Below, piece by piece: positions 1 to 11,920 of a DNA stretch of 32,000 nt. The notes under the pieces are model-generated. The model made no database searches and was not told where the DNA came from. It saw nothing but the letters and a program-made list of their open reading frames with translations. Where the stretch lies: assembly GCF_000733295.1 (NCBI RefSeq), contig NZ_JPMI01000075.1, positions 18,240-50,239 of the forward strand, written 5' to 3'. Origin of the DNA: Archangium violaceum Cb vi76 (lineage in GTDB: Bacteria > Myxococcota > Myxococcia > Myxococcales > Myxococcaceae). Position numbers and translations under genes: made by a program. The first letter of the stretch is position 1, and each line of letters opens with the position of its first letter.

Positions 1-336
1 GAGCGCTTCCTGAGGGACTGCTCGGAGTACAGCGACGTGCGCGGGCTGCCGGACTCGTTGCGCGAGGAGATGGAGGAGCACTTCGCGGGGCTGTTGGACG
101 CGCTGTGGAAGCTGGACTGGCTGGTGTTCGGCGAGGCGCGCGAGACGACGCTGGTGCCTGGGGAGGACCCGGTGCGGGGGCGAGCGGTGACGTTGTGCCT
201 GGCGCGCTACGACAGTCCGTCGGTGCAACTGGGGGAGAAGCTGCGCCGGTACGTGGAGAGCTTCAAGGAAGCGGTGGTGCGCATCGAGGGCCGCTCCGAC
301 GCCAACGAGGGCGGAGCCGGCAATCTGTTGCACTGA
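1..336 (+). CDS. 3' end of a hypothetical protein (5' end lies outside the window)
   Basis: Frame 1 is open from base 1 to the TGA at 334-336. Codon usage is GC3-rich and the sequence is protein-like (…LREEMEEHFAGLLDALWKLDWLVFGEA…). No motif recognised. Confidence 0.5.
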   Translation, partial: ERFLRDCSEYSDVRGLPDSLREEMEEHFAGLLDALWKLDWLVFGEARETTLVPGEDPVRGRAVTLCLARYDSPSVQLGEKLRRYVESFKEAVVRIEGRSDANEGGAGNLLH

Positions 337-339
337 ACT

Positions 340-360
340 CCCTCTCCCTCTGGGAGAGGG
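340..360. terminator. Perfect 9-bp hairpin between convergent genes
   Basis: ccctctccc (340-348), loop tct, gggagaggg (352-360). It sits 4 nt after the stop of the plus-strand gene and upstream of the stop of the minus-strand lipoprotein gene. There is no clear U-run. Confidence 0.4.
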
Positions 361-447
361 TCGGGGTGAGGGTTTGCCACCACTCCGGGCAGTAGGGCGA
401 AGGCGGTGACACGAGCGGCACCGCCTCCGCCCCGGTACCACGGACTG

Positions 448-651
448 CTACAGCCAGCAGGCGTCGGGGCTGTCACCGGTGCGGGTGGTGAGGCCCTTGG
501 AAAGCTTCTGGCGCTGGACGACGGGGGACTGCTGGGTGCCCGTCTCGGGGGGCGAGGTGGGCTCGGACTCGAGACCACCACCGCAGGCGGCGAGCAACGG
601 CAGCAGGGCGAGGGCGCGCGGGCCACAGCGCTTCGCGGACGGGGGGAGCAT
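448..651 (-). CDS. Small putative lipoprotein (67 aa)
   Basis: Signal peptide with lipobox (ALALLPLLAAC|GGG). A GGAAGGAA Shine-Dalgarno-like sequence lies just upstream of the ATG. The mature part is Pro/Thr/Ser-rich. Confidence 0.5.
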   Translation of the reverse strand: MLPPSAKRCGPRALALLPLLAACGGGLESEPTSPPETGTQQSPVVQRQKLSKGLTTRTGDSPDACWL

Positions 652-766
652 GGAATTCCTTCCGGAGGGGGGACGTCCGGACCTTATCCGGTAGTTTCCG
701 GAGTTCCACGTTCAAGTCAATACGCTGGAATGTTACAGAATGTTTTGTCTGGCAAATGACCCTGTC

Positions 767-797
767 CCGTGACGGGCGCGCGAGGTGGCCGTCACGG
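767..797 (-). terminator. 9-bp stem hairpin downstream of the 811-1533 gene
   Basis: ccgtgacgg (767-775) pairs with ccgtcacgg (789-797) around a 13-nt loop. It lies in the comparatively AT-rich spacer 652-810. There is no U-run, so function is uncertain. Confidence 0.3.
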
Positions 798-810
798 AGG
801 GGGGAGGCGG

Positions 811-1533
811 TCAGCGGGCCTGGAAGTGCCTGGAGTAGAGGGACTCGAGGGACTGGAAGTAGCCGCGCTCTTCCCACATGGCGGTGGCGAGCCGTTCGGC
901 GAGGGAGGCGACTTCCTGCTCCTCGCCCTCGAGGGGAGTGCGGGGAGCGCCGTTCCACGACTCGAGGGCCTTGGTGAGCTCGGAGAGGAGGAGTCGGCTG
1001 CCGGCGAAGAGACGGCGGAGGGCCTGGTTGACGGGGCGGGCGTCCAGCTCCTTGCAGGCGGCGTCGATGGCGGCGTGGACGCGGCGGGGGACGTCCTCGG
1101 TGGCGAGGGTGGTGGCGTCGAGATCTCCCCGCTCGAGGGCATGCTGGAGGAGGTAGCCGTGGTGGAGGGAGACGGAGGCCATGTCCACGCAGTCCTTCAC
1201 CCAGATGGCGGTGGCCAGACGCCTGTAGGCCTTGCGCCAGGTGAGGCGCAGGGAGAAGAGGGCCGTCTTGCTGGCGAACTGCTGGAGGCGGCTGCCCTCG
1301 CGGGGGTGGAGGCCGGCGAGCACGGTGACGGTGCGATCCGGCGGGGAGAAGGAGCGCTCGCGGAGGATGGAGCGGACCATGCCCTCGCGGACGCGGCGCA
1401 GGGCGTACTCGTCGAGGAAGGGGACGGGGATGAGGGGAGTGAGGCCGGAGGCCACGGCGTACAGCGCCACACGCTGCACCTGGGGGGACACGGCGGAGGG
1501 CTGCGGCTCGGAGCCGGATGTCTGGGAGGACAT
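811..1533 (-). CDS. Conserved hypothetical protein (240 aa)
   Basis: Clean ORF with protein-like composition (…LIPVPFLDEYALRRVREGMVRSILRE…). It is on the same strand as the kinase gene and 73 nt downstream of it. No catalytic motif recognised. Confidence 0.6.
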   Translation of the reverse strand: MSSQTSGSEPQPSAVSPQVQRVALYAVASGLTPLIPVPFLDEYALRRVREGMVRSILRERSFSPPDRTVTVLAGLHPREGSRLQQFASKTALFSLRLTWRKAYRRLATAIWVKDCVDMASVSLHHGYLLQHALERGDLDATTLATEDVPRRVHAAIDAACKELDARPVNQALRRLFAGSRLLLSELTKALESWNGAPRTPLEGEEQEVASLAERLATAMWEERGYFQSLESLYSRHFQAR

Positions 1534-1606
1534 AGAGGAGTCAGCGGGGAATTAGCACGGACGGGTGCGCGCCGTGAGGCTCACCGCGTGGCGGGGGCCG
1601 CGAGCG

Positions 1607-3502
<1,896 letters not shown>

Positions 3503-3750
3503 GGGTCGGACGACGCTGAGGGCGTGCTGGGATGGTCCCACGAAATGTCCCCCCCGGGACATCCCCCAACCGCCTGGGTTTGGAACTCGGAAGCCATTGT
3601 CTCCCACCCGCCCGTGTAGGCGCAGTGAGCCGGGCTGTAATGATTCACTCCGGGTGCGGACTTGTGCTCGCTAGCCGACAGTGGAGGGAAGAGGCGGAGG
3701 GAGGAGCAGTAGGGTGGTGAGCACTCACCGGCGGGGCGAGGGTCAGCCGA

Positions 3751-5358
3751 TCACGGCCCCACGAGGACGCCCGGATTGAGAATCCCCCGCGGATCCAACG
3801 CGCCCTTCACGGCCTTCAAGGCGAGAGCGAACGGCTCGGGGCGCTCGCGGTCATACCAGGGGCGATGGAGCCGGCCCACGGCGTGGTGGTGGGTGATGGT
3901 GCCGCCGTGCGCCGAGATGGCCTCACTGGCGGCCTGCTTGAGCGCCATCCACTGCTCCAGCTCGCCGCCGCGCTTCGCGGGGCCGAGGAACGTGTAATAG
4001 GGCGCGGGCCCATCCGGGTAGACGTGGGTGAAGCGGCAGCTCACGGTCCCGCCGCCGCAGAAGCGCTCGAGGGCTCCTCGTACGGCATCCAGGATGGCGC
4101 CATGGAGCGAGTCGAACCTGTCCCAGGTGCAAGCGGTCTCGAAGGTATCCGCGATGACGCCGAGGCTCACCATGACGTTCTGCAGATACGGAGCCTCGAT
4201 GAAGGCCGAGCGCCAGCTCTCGGCGGCGCCACTGGCGCGCGGCTGTACCCCCGGCTCATCGGAGCGGTAGCGGGCACCTTCGCGGCACTCGCCACCGTGG
4301 GAGGCGGTGATGGCGAGCGCTCTCTCCATCCAGGCGTGCAGCGGATGATCGGCGGACTCGAAGGCGAGCACGAGCACGCTGGAACCATCCCCGGCGACGC
4401 CATTGAGGAAGGACTCCTGCGCGTCGAGGAGCCTGCAATTGGAGGGATGAAGCCCGGACTGTGAGAGCTCGCGGACGGCGCGCACGGCGGCATCGAACTC
4501 GGAGAAGTGGACGCTGGCGCTGGCGCGGAAGCGGGGGCGGGACTGGAGCCGTACCCATGCCTCGGTGATGACACCGAGCGTGCCCTCGGAGCCGAGCACG
4601 AGCCTGTCCGGAGAGGGGCCGGCGCCCGAGGCGGGAAGGCGGCGCGTCTCGTAGAGCCCGCGCGGGGTGAGCATGCGGGTGGACTGCACCAGGTCGTCGA
4701 TGTGCGTGTAGAGCGTGGCGAAGTGGCCACCGGCGCGTGTGGCGATCCACCCGCCGAGCGTGGAGAACTCGAAGGACTGGGGGAAGTGGCGCAGGGTGAA
4801 TCCATGCGGGGCGAGCTGGGACTCGAGCACGGGCCCGGTGGCACCGGCCTGGATGCGAGCCGAGCGCGAGATGGGGTCCACCTCGACGACACGGTCCAGG
4901 CGGCGCAGGTCCATGGACACGGCGCCACGGAAACCATTCCCGATGGCGGCCTCGACACCGCGCACGACGCTGGTGCCTCCGCCGAAGGGGATGAGGGCCA
5001 CGTGGTGGTCTCCGCACCAGTCCATGAGGGCGCGCACGTCCTCCTCGGAGCGGGGGCGGGCGACGAAGTCGGGCGCGGAGGAGAAGTCGCCGTGGAAGCC
5101 GCGCACGAGGTCCCCATAGCCCTTGCCATAGGTGTGCGCGGCGCGGTCCGCCTCATCCACCGAGCACAGGGTGGAGAGGGATGGGGGCGGAGCGACACGG
5201 GGGCTCGGGAGCCGCGGGGCCGAGGCGGGCTCATGGGGCTCCAGGGAGGGGCCGCCGAGGAGCGGGGAGACCTGTTCGGCGAGGGCTCTGCGTGCCTCGG
5301 TATCGGGGAACTTGTCCGCGTAACCCCAGCCCCAGATGCTCGTCGCGCGAGTGCTCAT
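3751..5358 (-). CDS. FAD-linked oxidase, alkyl-dihydroxyacetonephosphate synthase (AGPS)-like
   Basis: N-terminal SIWGWGYADKFPD, followed by FAD-binding PCMH-type blocks (VALIPFGGGTSVVRG, HFPQSFEFSTLGGWIATRAGG). Start chosen at MSTRATS (5358); the ORF is open to 5442. Confidence 0.85.
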   Translation of the reverse strand: MSTRATSIWGWGYADKFPDTEARRALAEQVSPLLGGPSLEPHEPASAPRLPSPRVAPPPSLSTLCSVDEADRAAHTYGKGYGDLVRGFHGDFSSAPDFVARPRSEEDVRALMDWCGDHHVALIPFGGGTSVVRGVEAAIGNGFRGAVSMDLRRLDRVVEVDPISRSARIQAGATGPVLESQLAPHGFTLRHFPQSFEFSTLGGWIATRAGGHFATLYTHIDDLVQSTRMLTPRGLYETRRLPASGAGPSPDRLVLGSEGTLGVITEAWVRLQSRPRFRASASVHFSEFDAAVRAVRELSQSGLHPSNCRLLDAQESFLNGVAGDGSSVLVLAFESADHPLHAWMERALAITASHGGECREGARYRSDEPGVQPRASGAAESWRSAFIEAPYLQNVMVSLGVIADTFETACTWDRFDSLHGAILDAVRGALERFCGGGTVSCRFTHVYPDGPAPYYTFLGPAKRGGELEQWMALKQAASEAISAHGGTITHHHAVGRLHRPWYDRERPEPFALALKAVKGALDPRGILNPGVLVGP

Positions 5359-5488
5359 GGGGCGCGAGCGTACGCGGATCTTCTTCCGATAGCGCGTGTC
5401 TGCTCGCGGAACTCCCGTGGCATCCGGTCTGGATTCGAACACCGTGGATTGACGATGGGCCCGGCCTCGCTGCCGTTATGGTGGTGGC

Positions 5489-6490
5489 ATGTCGTCATCG
5501 CCGCCGGCCAGTTGCCCCGAGCTCACCACGCCCGTCGACCTGTGCCTCACCAACGGCCGCCTCAACCCGGCCGCCATCGGGTACAGCCGGCGCCCGCTGC
5601 ATCGCACCCACCTCTCGGGATGGGGCCGCACCAAGCGCTGGGAGTATTGGGGCATCGTGACTCCCACCCATGTCATTGGGGTCACCGTGTCGAGCCTCGA
5701 CTATGCCGGCGTGCTCCAATTCTATCTGCTCGATCGCACCACGGGCGTAAACCGCGAAGAGGGCGCGCTCGTGCCACTCGCCATCGGCGTGACGCTGCCG
5801 GATGACGAGCCGCCGCTCACCGTGACCGCGAAGGCCCGGCATCTCGACTTCGAGTTCACCGACGAGGCCGGTGGCACCCGGCTGCGAGCGCGCCTCGGGG
5901 GCCTCGAGCTGGACGTGTTCGCACAGCATGCCGGCGAGTCGCTGAGCGTCGTCGTGCCGTGGAGCGATACCCGGTTCCAGTACACCGTCAAGGATCTGTC
6001 CCGCCCCGTATCGGGCGTGCTGCGAATCGACGGGGTCGAGCATCCGATTCCCGCGGCTGGCTCGTGGGCCGTGCTCGATCGCGGCCGCGGCAAATGGCCC
6101 TACCGCATGACCTGGAACTGGGCGGCCGGCTCCGGAGTGGTCGACGGGCATCGTCTGGGATTGCAACTCGGCGGCAAGTGGACCGATGGCACGGGCAGCA
6201 CCGAGAACGCGCTCATCGTCGATGGCGTGTTGCATTTCATTCCCGAGCAGCTGTGCTGGGAGTACGACACCGGTCTCTGGTCCGCGCCGTGGCGGATCCA
6301 CGGCGAGCGTGTCGATGCCACCCTTACCCCGTTCCATGTCCGGCACGCGGCCACCAATGCGATCGTGATCGCGTCCTCGACGCAGCAGGCCTTTGGCGTG
6401 TGGTCGGGCTGGGCGACCGATACCGCCGGCAACCGGTTCAGCGTCGATGGCCTCGTGGGCTGGGCGGAGCAGGCCGCGAATCGGTGGTAG
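5489..6490 (+). CDS. DUF2804-like protein
   Basis: 333-aa ORF with TKRWEYWGIVTP and a beta-rich composition that I recall as typical of DUF2804. Assigned from memory only. Confidence 0.6.
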   Translation: MSSSPPASCPELTTPVDLCLTNGRLNPAAIGYSRRPLHRTHLSGWGRTKRWEYWGIVTPTHVIGVTVSSLDYAGVLQFYLLDRTTGVNREEGALVPLAIGVTLPDDEPPLTVTAKARHLDFEFTDEAGGTRLRARLGGLELDVFAQHAGESLSVVVPWSDTRFQYTVKDLSRPVSGVLRIDGVEHPIPAAGSWAVLDRGRGKWPYRMTWNWAAGSGVVDGHRLGLQLGGKWTDGTGSTENALIVDGVLHFIPEQLCWEYDTGLWSAPWRIHGERVDATLTPFHVRHAATNAIVIASSTQQAFGVWSGWATDTAGNRFSVDGLVGWAEQAANRW

Positions 6491-6524
6491 CCGGAGCGGC
6501 ATCCCCGGATGGCGGGTGAATGCC

Positions 6525-7730
6525 TCAGGGCACGGGAATCTCCGGCTCCCAGGCCCCGCTGGCCGCCTCGGGCCGCTCTGGCCTCCTCGGTGTCTCGCGC
6601 AGCACCGGCAGCGGGAACTTGAATGGCTTCCCATCCGACGCGTGCGTGTGCCCCGTCACCTCCGCGGCGCCCATTGCCTCGCGCTGCGGCTGGAACGTGG
6701 CCTGCGGATCCCTCGCCGACGCCTTGCCCGCGTGGAACATCGCGAAGCGCGTGGCAATCGCTCCCGCCGTGCCGAGCAGCGCCCCCGCCACCTTCATCCA
6801 CCGGGTCCGCCTCGGCCACAGCCCCAACGCCAGTGACGCCGCGGCGCACACCCGGGCCGCCTTCCACAGCGTCCCCGAGACTCCCTGCTTCAGCGGCCGC
6901 TCCAGCACCTCCAGGCCCGAGGCCTCGTGCCGCACCGCGACGCCCGTCATCAGCTCGCCCACCTTGCCCATCGTGCTGAACAGGTGGAGCACCTTCGCCT
7001 CGTGGCTCGAGTGCGGCAGCAACTCCAGCAGGCTTCCCGCGCTCGCCACCGCCGAGGACATGAACAACAACGGCAAGGACTTGCGCGTGGCCTGCCACAC
7101 CGGCACCGCCGTATTCGCGAGCAGCACCGCCGTGTACCCCGCGAGCGGCAGCCCGAGCAGCCCCGCCGCCACCGCCGCTCCATCTCCCACTCGCCCCAGC
7201 CACCCGCGCCGGCTCGCGAACAGCACGGCCGCCGAGTTCATCGCCCCCGAGCCCACCATCACCCACGAGCCCACGCTCATCGGCGACGTGGGACGGAACA
7301 CCCGCAACATGTTCAGTAAGCGCTCGGGCCGCCCCAGGTCATGGATGAGCAGCCCCGAGCTCACGATGTCTCCCACCGCTCCCACCCACCGGCACCGGTA
7401 CCCCAGCTTCCTCAATCCCTCTCCACCCACCGCCTCCGCCGCCACGCCCAGCACGCTCGCCGCGCCCGCCACGCCACCCACGTAGAAGTACAGCGGGATG
7501 CTCCAGATCCACACCGGCTCCTTGAGGGCCGGTTGTCCGTAGTAGCTCGGCTCTTCCGCGTTCACCCCCGACACCGAGGGCCTCGTCCGCAACAGCGCGC
7601 GAGAGGGATTGGCCTCATCCGTGTCCTTCACCCGCTGTTGCGCGCCCTCGCCGGACAAATCGCCCAACCGCGAGTCGATGTTGCGGCCGTCCTGCCGCTT
7701 CTCCAGATCCTCGGGCCGGATGTCACCCAC
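6525..7730 (-). CDS. nrfD: NrfD/PsrC-family membrane anchor subunit of the formate dehydrogenase complex
   Basis: GTG start overlaps the stop of the upstream 4Fe-4S gene by 8 nt. It has multiple hydrophobic helices (IPLYFYVGGVAGAASVLGV…). The position after the alpha and beta subunits is typical of complex iron-sulfur molybdoenzyme (CISM) operons. Confidence 0.8.
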   Translation of the reverse strand: MGDIRPEDLEKRQDGRNIDSRLGDLSGEGAQQRVKDTDEANPSRALLRTRPSVSGVNAEEPSYYGQPALKEPVWIWSIPLYFYVGGVAGAASVLGVAAEAVGGEGLRKLGYRCRWVGAVGDIVSSGLLIHDLGRPERLLNMLRVFRPTSPMSVGSWVMVGSGAMNSAAVLFASRRGWLGRVGDGAAVAAGLLGLPLAGYTAVLLANTAVPVWQATRKSLPLLFMSSAVASAGSLLELLPHSSHEAKVLHLFSTMGKVGELMTGVAVRHEASGLEVLERPLKQGVSGTLWKAARVCAAASLALGLWPRRTRWMKVAGALLGTAGAIATRFAMFHAGKASARDPQATFQPQREAMGAAEVTGHTHASDGKPFKFPLPVLRETPRRPERPEAASGAWEPEIPVP

Positions 7731-8523
7731 GCACCACCTCCCGTCCCAGCAGCACCGCCCCGAGCGCCACCACCGCCATCCCCAGCGCTCCCCATCCCGC
7801 CGACACCCACGCCTCCCGGCCCTTCATCGTCGGCACCACCGGATCCGGCGGCAGGTTGTAGACCTCGGGCTTGTCCACCAGGAGGAAGAAGGCATTCAGC
7901 CCGCCCGTGCCCGGTTGGTTCTCCGCGTCCGCGCCATACAGATACGCCTGCTCCAATCCCTTCTCATGCAACTGCTCCACCCGGCGTTGGGCCCGCTCGC
8001 GCAGCTCGTCCACGTCGCCGAACTGGATGGACGCCGTGGGGCATGCCTTGGCGCACGCGGGCGTCATGTCCTCGCCCAGCCGGTCGTAACAGAGCGTGCA
8101 CTTCCACGCGCGCCCATCATCCTCGCGCCGGTCCACCACGCCGAAGGGACACGCCGCCACGCAGTAGCCGCAGCCGTTGCACACGTCCGGTTGCACGTAC
8201 ACGGTGTCGAACTCCGTGCGGATGATGGCGCCCGTGGGACATGCCTCCAGGCACCCGGCCCGCTGGCAGTGCTTGCACACGTCCGAGGCCATCAACCACG
8301 AGAAGTCCAACAGCCCCACCGTCTGCGTGGGCAGCGGCACCGGCCGCTCGACGAAGGCCACGTGCCTCCACGTCGACGAGCCCAGGTGCCCCGTGTTGTC
8401 GTACGACATGCCGGTGAGCTGGAAGCCATCATCCGGCAACTGGTTCCACTGTTTGCAGGCCACCTCACACGCCTTGCAGCCGATGCACAGCGTGGTGTCG
8501 GTGAAGAATCCCTTCTGTCCCAT
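7723..8523 (-). CDS. Formate dehydrogenase beta subunit, 4Fe-4S ferredoxin-type (FdnH-like)
   Basis: Several Cys clusters: CIGCKACEVACK, CKHCQRAGCLEACP, CNGCGYCVAACP, CTLCYDRL…CAKACP. It has a C-terminal TM helix (WGALGMAVVALGAVLLG). It starts 6 nt after the alpha subunit stop. Confidence 0.9.
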   Translation of the reverse strand: MGQKGFFTDTTLCIGCKACEVACKQWNQLPDDGFQLTGMSYDNTGHLGSSTWRHVAFVERPVPLPTQTVGLLDFSWLMASDVCKHCQRAGCLEACPTGAIIRTEFDTVYVQPDVCNGCGYCVAACPFGVVDRREDDGRAWKCTLCYDRLGEDMTPACAKACPTASIQFGDVDELRERAQRRVEQLHEKGLEQAYLYGADAENQPGTGGLNAFFLLVDKPEVYNLPPDPVVPTMKGREAWVSAGWGALGMAVVALGAVLLGREVVRG

Positions 8524-8529
8524 GGGGCG

Positions 8530-11500
8530 TTACTCCTTGTCCTGCGGCGGTTGCTCGGGCGGGCCGACGCCTTCCAAATCCCTCGGCACCTCCACCACGC
8601 CCGGGGGCAGCGGCCAGGGTTCCCAGCCAAACGCCGCGCGCCGGTCGTGGCTCCTCCTCCCGGGCAGGAGGTTGCACGTGAAGGCCTTGGACTCCTGGAT
8701 GGAGACGTTCGGATCCGCCGTGAAGCCAATCAGGTCATTCGTGCTGTCACCGTGCACACGTCCCGTGTAGCCCCAGTGGTACGGCAGGCCCACCTGGTGC
8801 ACCCGCCTGCCGCCGAGCCGCAGCGGCCGCATGCGCTCCGTCACCAGCACCCGGCATTCGATTTCCCCGCGTGCCGTGTACACCGTGCACCACCCTCCGT
8901 TCTCCAGCTCGGCTTCCTCGGCCAGCTCCGGAGACACCTCGACGAACAGCTCCGGCTGCAACTCGCTCAGCCAGGACAGCCAGCGCGACATGCCGCCCGC
9001 CGTGTGATGCTCGGTGAGCCGGTACGTGGTGACCACATACGGGTAGCGCGGATCCCCCCACGCCCGGTGCATGGGATTGTCCTTACGCCGCCACTCGTGC
9101 CGCGCCGGATTGCACTGCTGCCCGTAGAGGAAGTTGGGGACCGGTGACTCCAGTGGCTCGTAGTGCGTGGGCAGCGGGCCGTCCATCATCCCGCTCGGTG
9201 CGAACAGCCAGCCCTTCCCGTCCGCCTGCATGAGGAACGGATCATCCCCGGAGATGACATCCAGTCCCCGGTCGCCCTTGTCCGCCCGGTACGAGGGTGG
9301 ACGGTCCGCGATGAAGTCCGGTACGTCCTCGCCCGTCCATCTGCCCCGCTGCGCGTCCCACCAGACGTACTTCTTCCGCTCGCTCCAGGGGCGGCCCTCG
9401 AGGTCCGCCGAGGCCCGGTTGTAGAGGAGGCGCCGGTTGGCCGGCCACGCCCAGCCCCACTCGGAGGCCACCCATGTCTGCTCGCGGCCCGGCTTGCGGC
9501 GCGCCGGCTGGTTCACCCCGTCCGCGTAGCACCCCGAGTACAGCCAGCAGCCGCATGCCGTGGAGCCATCGTCCTTCAGCTCCGTGAAGCCAGACACCGG
9601 CTTGCCGTCCGCCACGGTGCAGCCGTTGATCTCCCTCAGCACGGCCTCGGCCTCGGGCTCCTCGCGCGGGCCCTTCGTCGGGTAGTCCCACGTCAGGGCC
9701 TGGATGGCCCGGTCCTTCTCCTCCCTCGAGTCCGCGTAGAGCTTCTTGAGCCGCCGCCCGAGCTCGTAGAGGAAGGACAAGTCACTGCGCGCCTCGCCGG
9801 GAGCCTCCACGGCCTTGTGGTGCCATTGCAGCAGGCGCTGGGTGTTGGTGAAGGTGCCCTCCTTCTCCGTGTGCGCGGCGGCCGGGATGAAGAAGACCTC
9901 GGTTTGAATGTCCTGGGGCCGCACGTCGCCGCGGAGCACCTCGGGGGCGGAGCGCCAGAACTCGGCCGTCTCGGTGAGGGTGAGGTCGCTCACCACCAGC
10001 CACTCCAGCTTCTGCAACCCCTTGCGCTGGAGGGCGCCGTTCATCGAGCCCACCACGGGGTTCTCGCCCATGACGAAGTAGCCCTTCACCTGGCCGTCGG
10101 CCATGTTGGCCACCGTGGACATGTGCGAGTGGTCCCCGGTGAGCTTCGGTATCCAGTGGAAGCCCCACTCGTTCTTCTTCGTCGCGGCGTCGCCGTAGTA
10201 CGCCTTGAGGAGCGAGACGATGTACTTGGGGAACTGGCTCCACCAGCCGCTGGCGGACTCGTTGTTGTGGATGTACTGGGCGAGCCGCTGCGCGTCCGGC
10301 GCGTGCGGCATGGGGATGTAGCCGGGCAGCAGGTTGTAGAGGGTGGGGATGTCGCTGGAGCCCTGGATGGAGGCGTGGCCTCGCAGGGCCATGATGCCGC
10401 CGCCGGGCCGGCCGATGTTGCCGAGCAGCAACTGCACGATGGCGGCGGCGCGGATGTACTGCACGCCCACCGAGTGTTGCGTCCAGCCCACCGCGTAGCA
10501 GAAGGCGCTGGTGCGCTCGCGCCCCGAGTTGTCGCAGAGCGTCTTCGCCACCTTCAGGAACAGCTCCTTCGGCACGCCGCAGATGCGCGAGACGACGTCC
10601 GGCGTGTAGCGCGCGTAGTGGCGCTTGAGCACCTGGAAGACACAGCGCGGGTGCTGGAGCGTCTTGTCCCGGGGCACCTCGGTGATGTGTTTGCCGCGCA
10701 CCTTGCCGTGTCCACCCGCGCCCGGCTCGGAGAAGACCTCCTTGTGGCCCGCGGCGGGCACCACACCGTCCATGCCCTCGTACTGCCAGGTGTGCGGCCC
10801 GTACTTGCCCGTCTCCGGGTCATAGCCGCTGAAGAGGCCGTCCAGGTCCTCGGTGTCCTGGAAGTCCTCGCGGAGGATGGCGGGCGCGTTGGTGTAGTGG
10901 ACGACGTAGTCGTGGAAGTAGCGCTCGTTCTCCAGGAGGTAGTGGATGAGGCCGCCCAGGAACGCGATGTCCGAGCCCGCGCGCAGCGGCACGTACGTGT
11001 CCGCCATGGCGCTGGTGCGCGTGAAGCGCGGATCCACGTGGATGAGCGTGGCGCCGCGCTCACGGGCCTCCATCACCCACTGGAAGCCCACCGGGTGACA
11101 CTCGGCCATGTTGCTGCCCATGATGACGATGCAATCCGCGTTCGCCAGGTCCTGCTGGAACGTGGTGGCACCGCCCCGGCCGAACGAGATGCCCAGACCG
11201 GGCACCGTGGACGAGTGTCATATTCGGGCCTGGTTCTCCACCTGGACGATGCCGAGCCCGCCGGTGAAGAGCTTCTTGATGAGGTAGTTCTCCTCGTTGT
11301 CGAGCGTGGCGCCGCCCAGGTGGGCAATCCCCAGGGTGCGGTTGAGCGTCCTCCCCTTGTCGTCGTGAGACTCCCAGGTGGAGTCACGTGCCTGCTTCAC
11401 GCGCTCGGCGATCATGTCGAGCGCCTTGTGCAGGGGGATGCGTTCCCACTGCATGGCGCGGGGACGCCGGTAGAGGACATCCGTGACGCGGTGGGTGCCG

Positions 11501-11826
11501 GTGACGAGCTGGAAGGAGGCGGCGCCCTTGGGGCAGAGCCGGCCACGGGAGATGGGCGAGTCCTCGTCGCCCTCGATGTCGAGAATCCTGCCGTCCTTGA
11601 CGTAGACCTTCTGCCCGCAGCCCACGGCACAGTAGGGGCAGATGGAGCGGACGACCTTGTCGGCCTGGACGGTGCGCGGCGCGAGCTTCTCGCTGCGCGC
11701 GGACATCGCCGTCTCACCGAGCGCGGTGGAGTCCTTGTTCCGCAGCTGACGGAGGAGCGGCCAGCGGGAGAACAGAGCGAAGAGTCCCAAGACATGCCTC
11801 CGGAGAAGACGTGACTCCGAAGGCAA
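8530..11826 (-). CDS. fdnG: Formate dehydrogenase alpha subunit (Mo/W-bis-PGD), selenocysteine-containing; ORFs 11218-11826 and 8530-11205 are a single gene
   Basis: The N-terminus carries a twin-arginine-like LLRRHVLGLF and the 4Fe-4S motif CPYCAVGCG. The sequence …VENQARI-TGA-HSSTVPGLGISFGRGGATT… matches the …ARV-U-HGPTV…FGRG… region of E. coli FdnG as I recall it. Both halves are in one frame. The start (TTG at 11826) is uncertain. Confidence 0.9.
11188..11220 (-). promoter_or_regulatory. Sec-UGA (11218-11220) plus a SECIS-like hairpin (11188-11206)
   Basis: The minus-strand RNA reads UGA CAC UCG UCC AC-GGUGCCC-GGUCU-GGGCAUC. This gives a 7-bp stem (one G-U pair) with a GGUCU apical loop, starting 11 nt after the UGA. 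Confidence 0.7.
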
Positions 11827-11920
11827 GGTGGGGCTTCAGGCACCGGGAAGCGAGAGGGTGCGAGCCTGTACCGCGGGCCCATCTCCCCTCGTCTCCAGGG
11901 CAACCAGCCAGGCTCGAATC

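Noticed and set aside
11218-11220. The TGA splits the formate dehydrogenase alpha subunit into 202-aa and 891-aa ORFs, which could be read as a pseudogene or as two genes.
   Set aside because: Both parts are in the same frame. The codon sits exactly at the conserved Sec position (…QARI-U-HSST…) and is followed by a SECIS-like hairpin, so it is treated as selenocysteine.
9163-11814. 883-aa plus-strand ORF. Similar long ORFs occur at 7609-9147, 769-1614, 1565-2575, 2735-3619, 4507-5805 and 24340-25953.
   Set aside because: These lie antisense or out of frame to genes with unmistakable conserved motifs. Their composition is Arg/Gly/Ala/His-rich with no motifs, which is typical of shadow ORFs in high-GC DNA.
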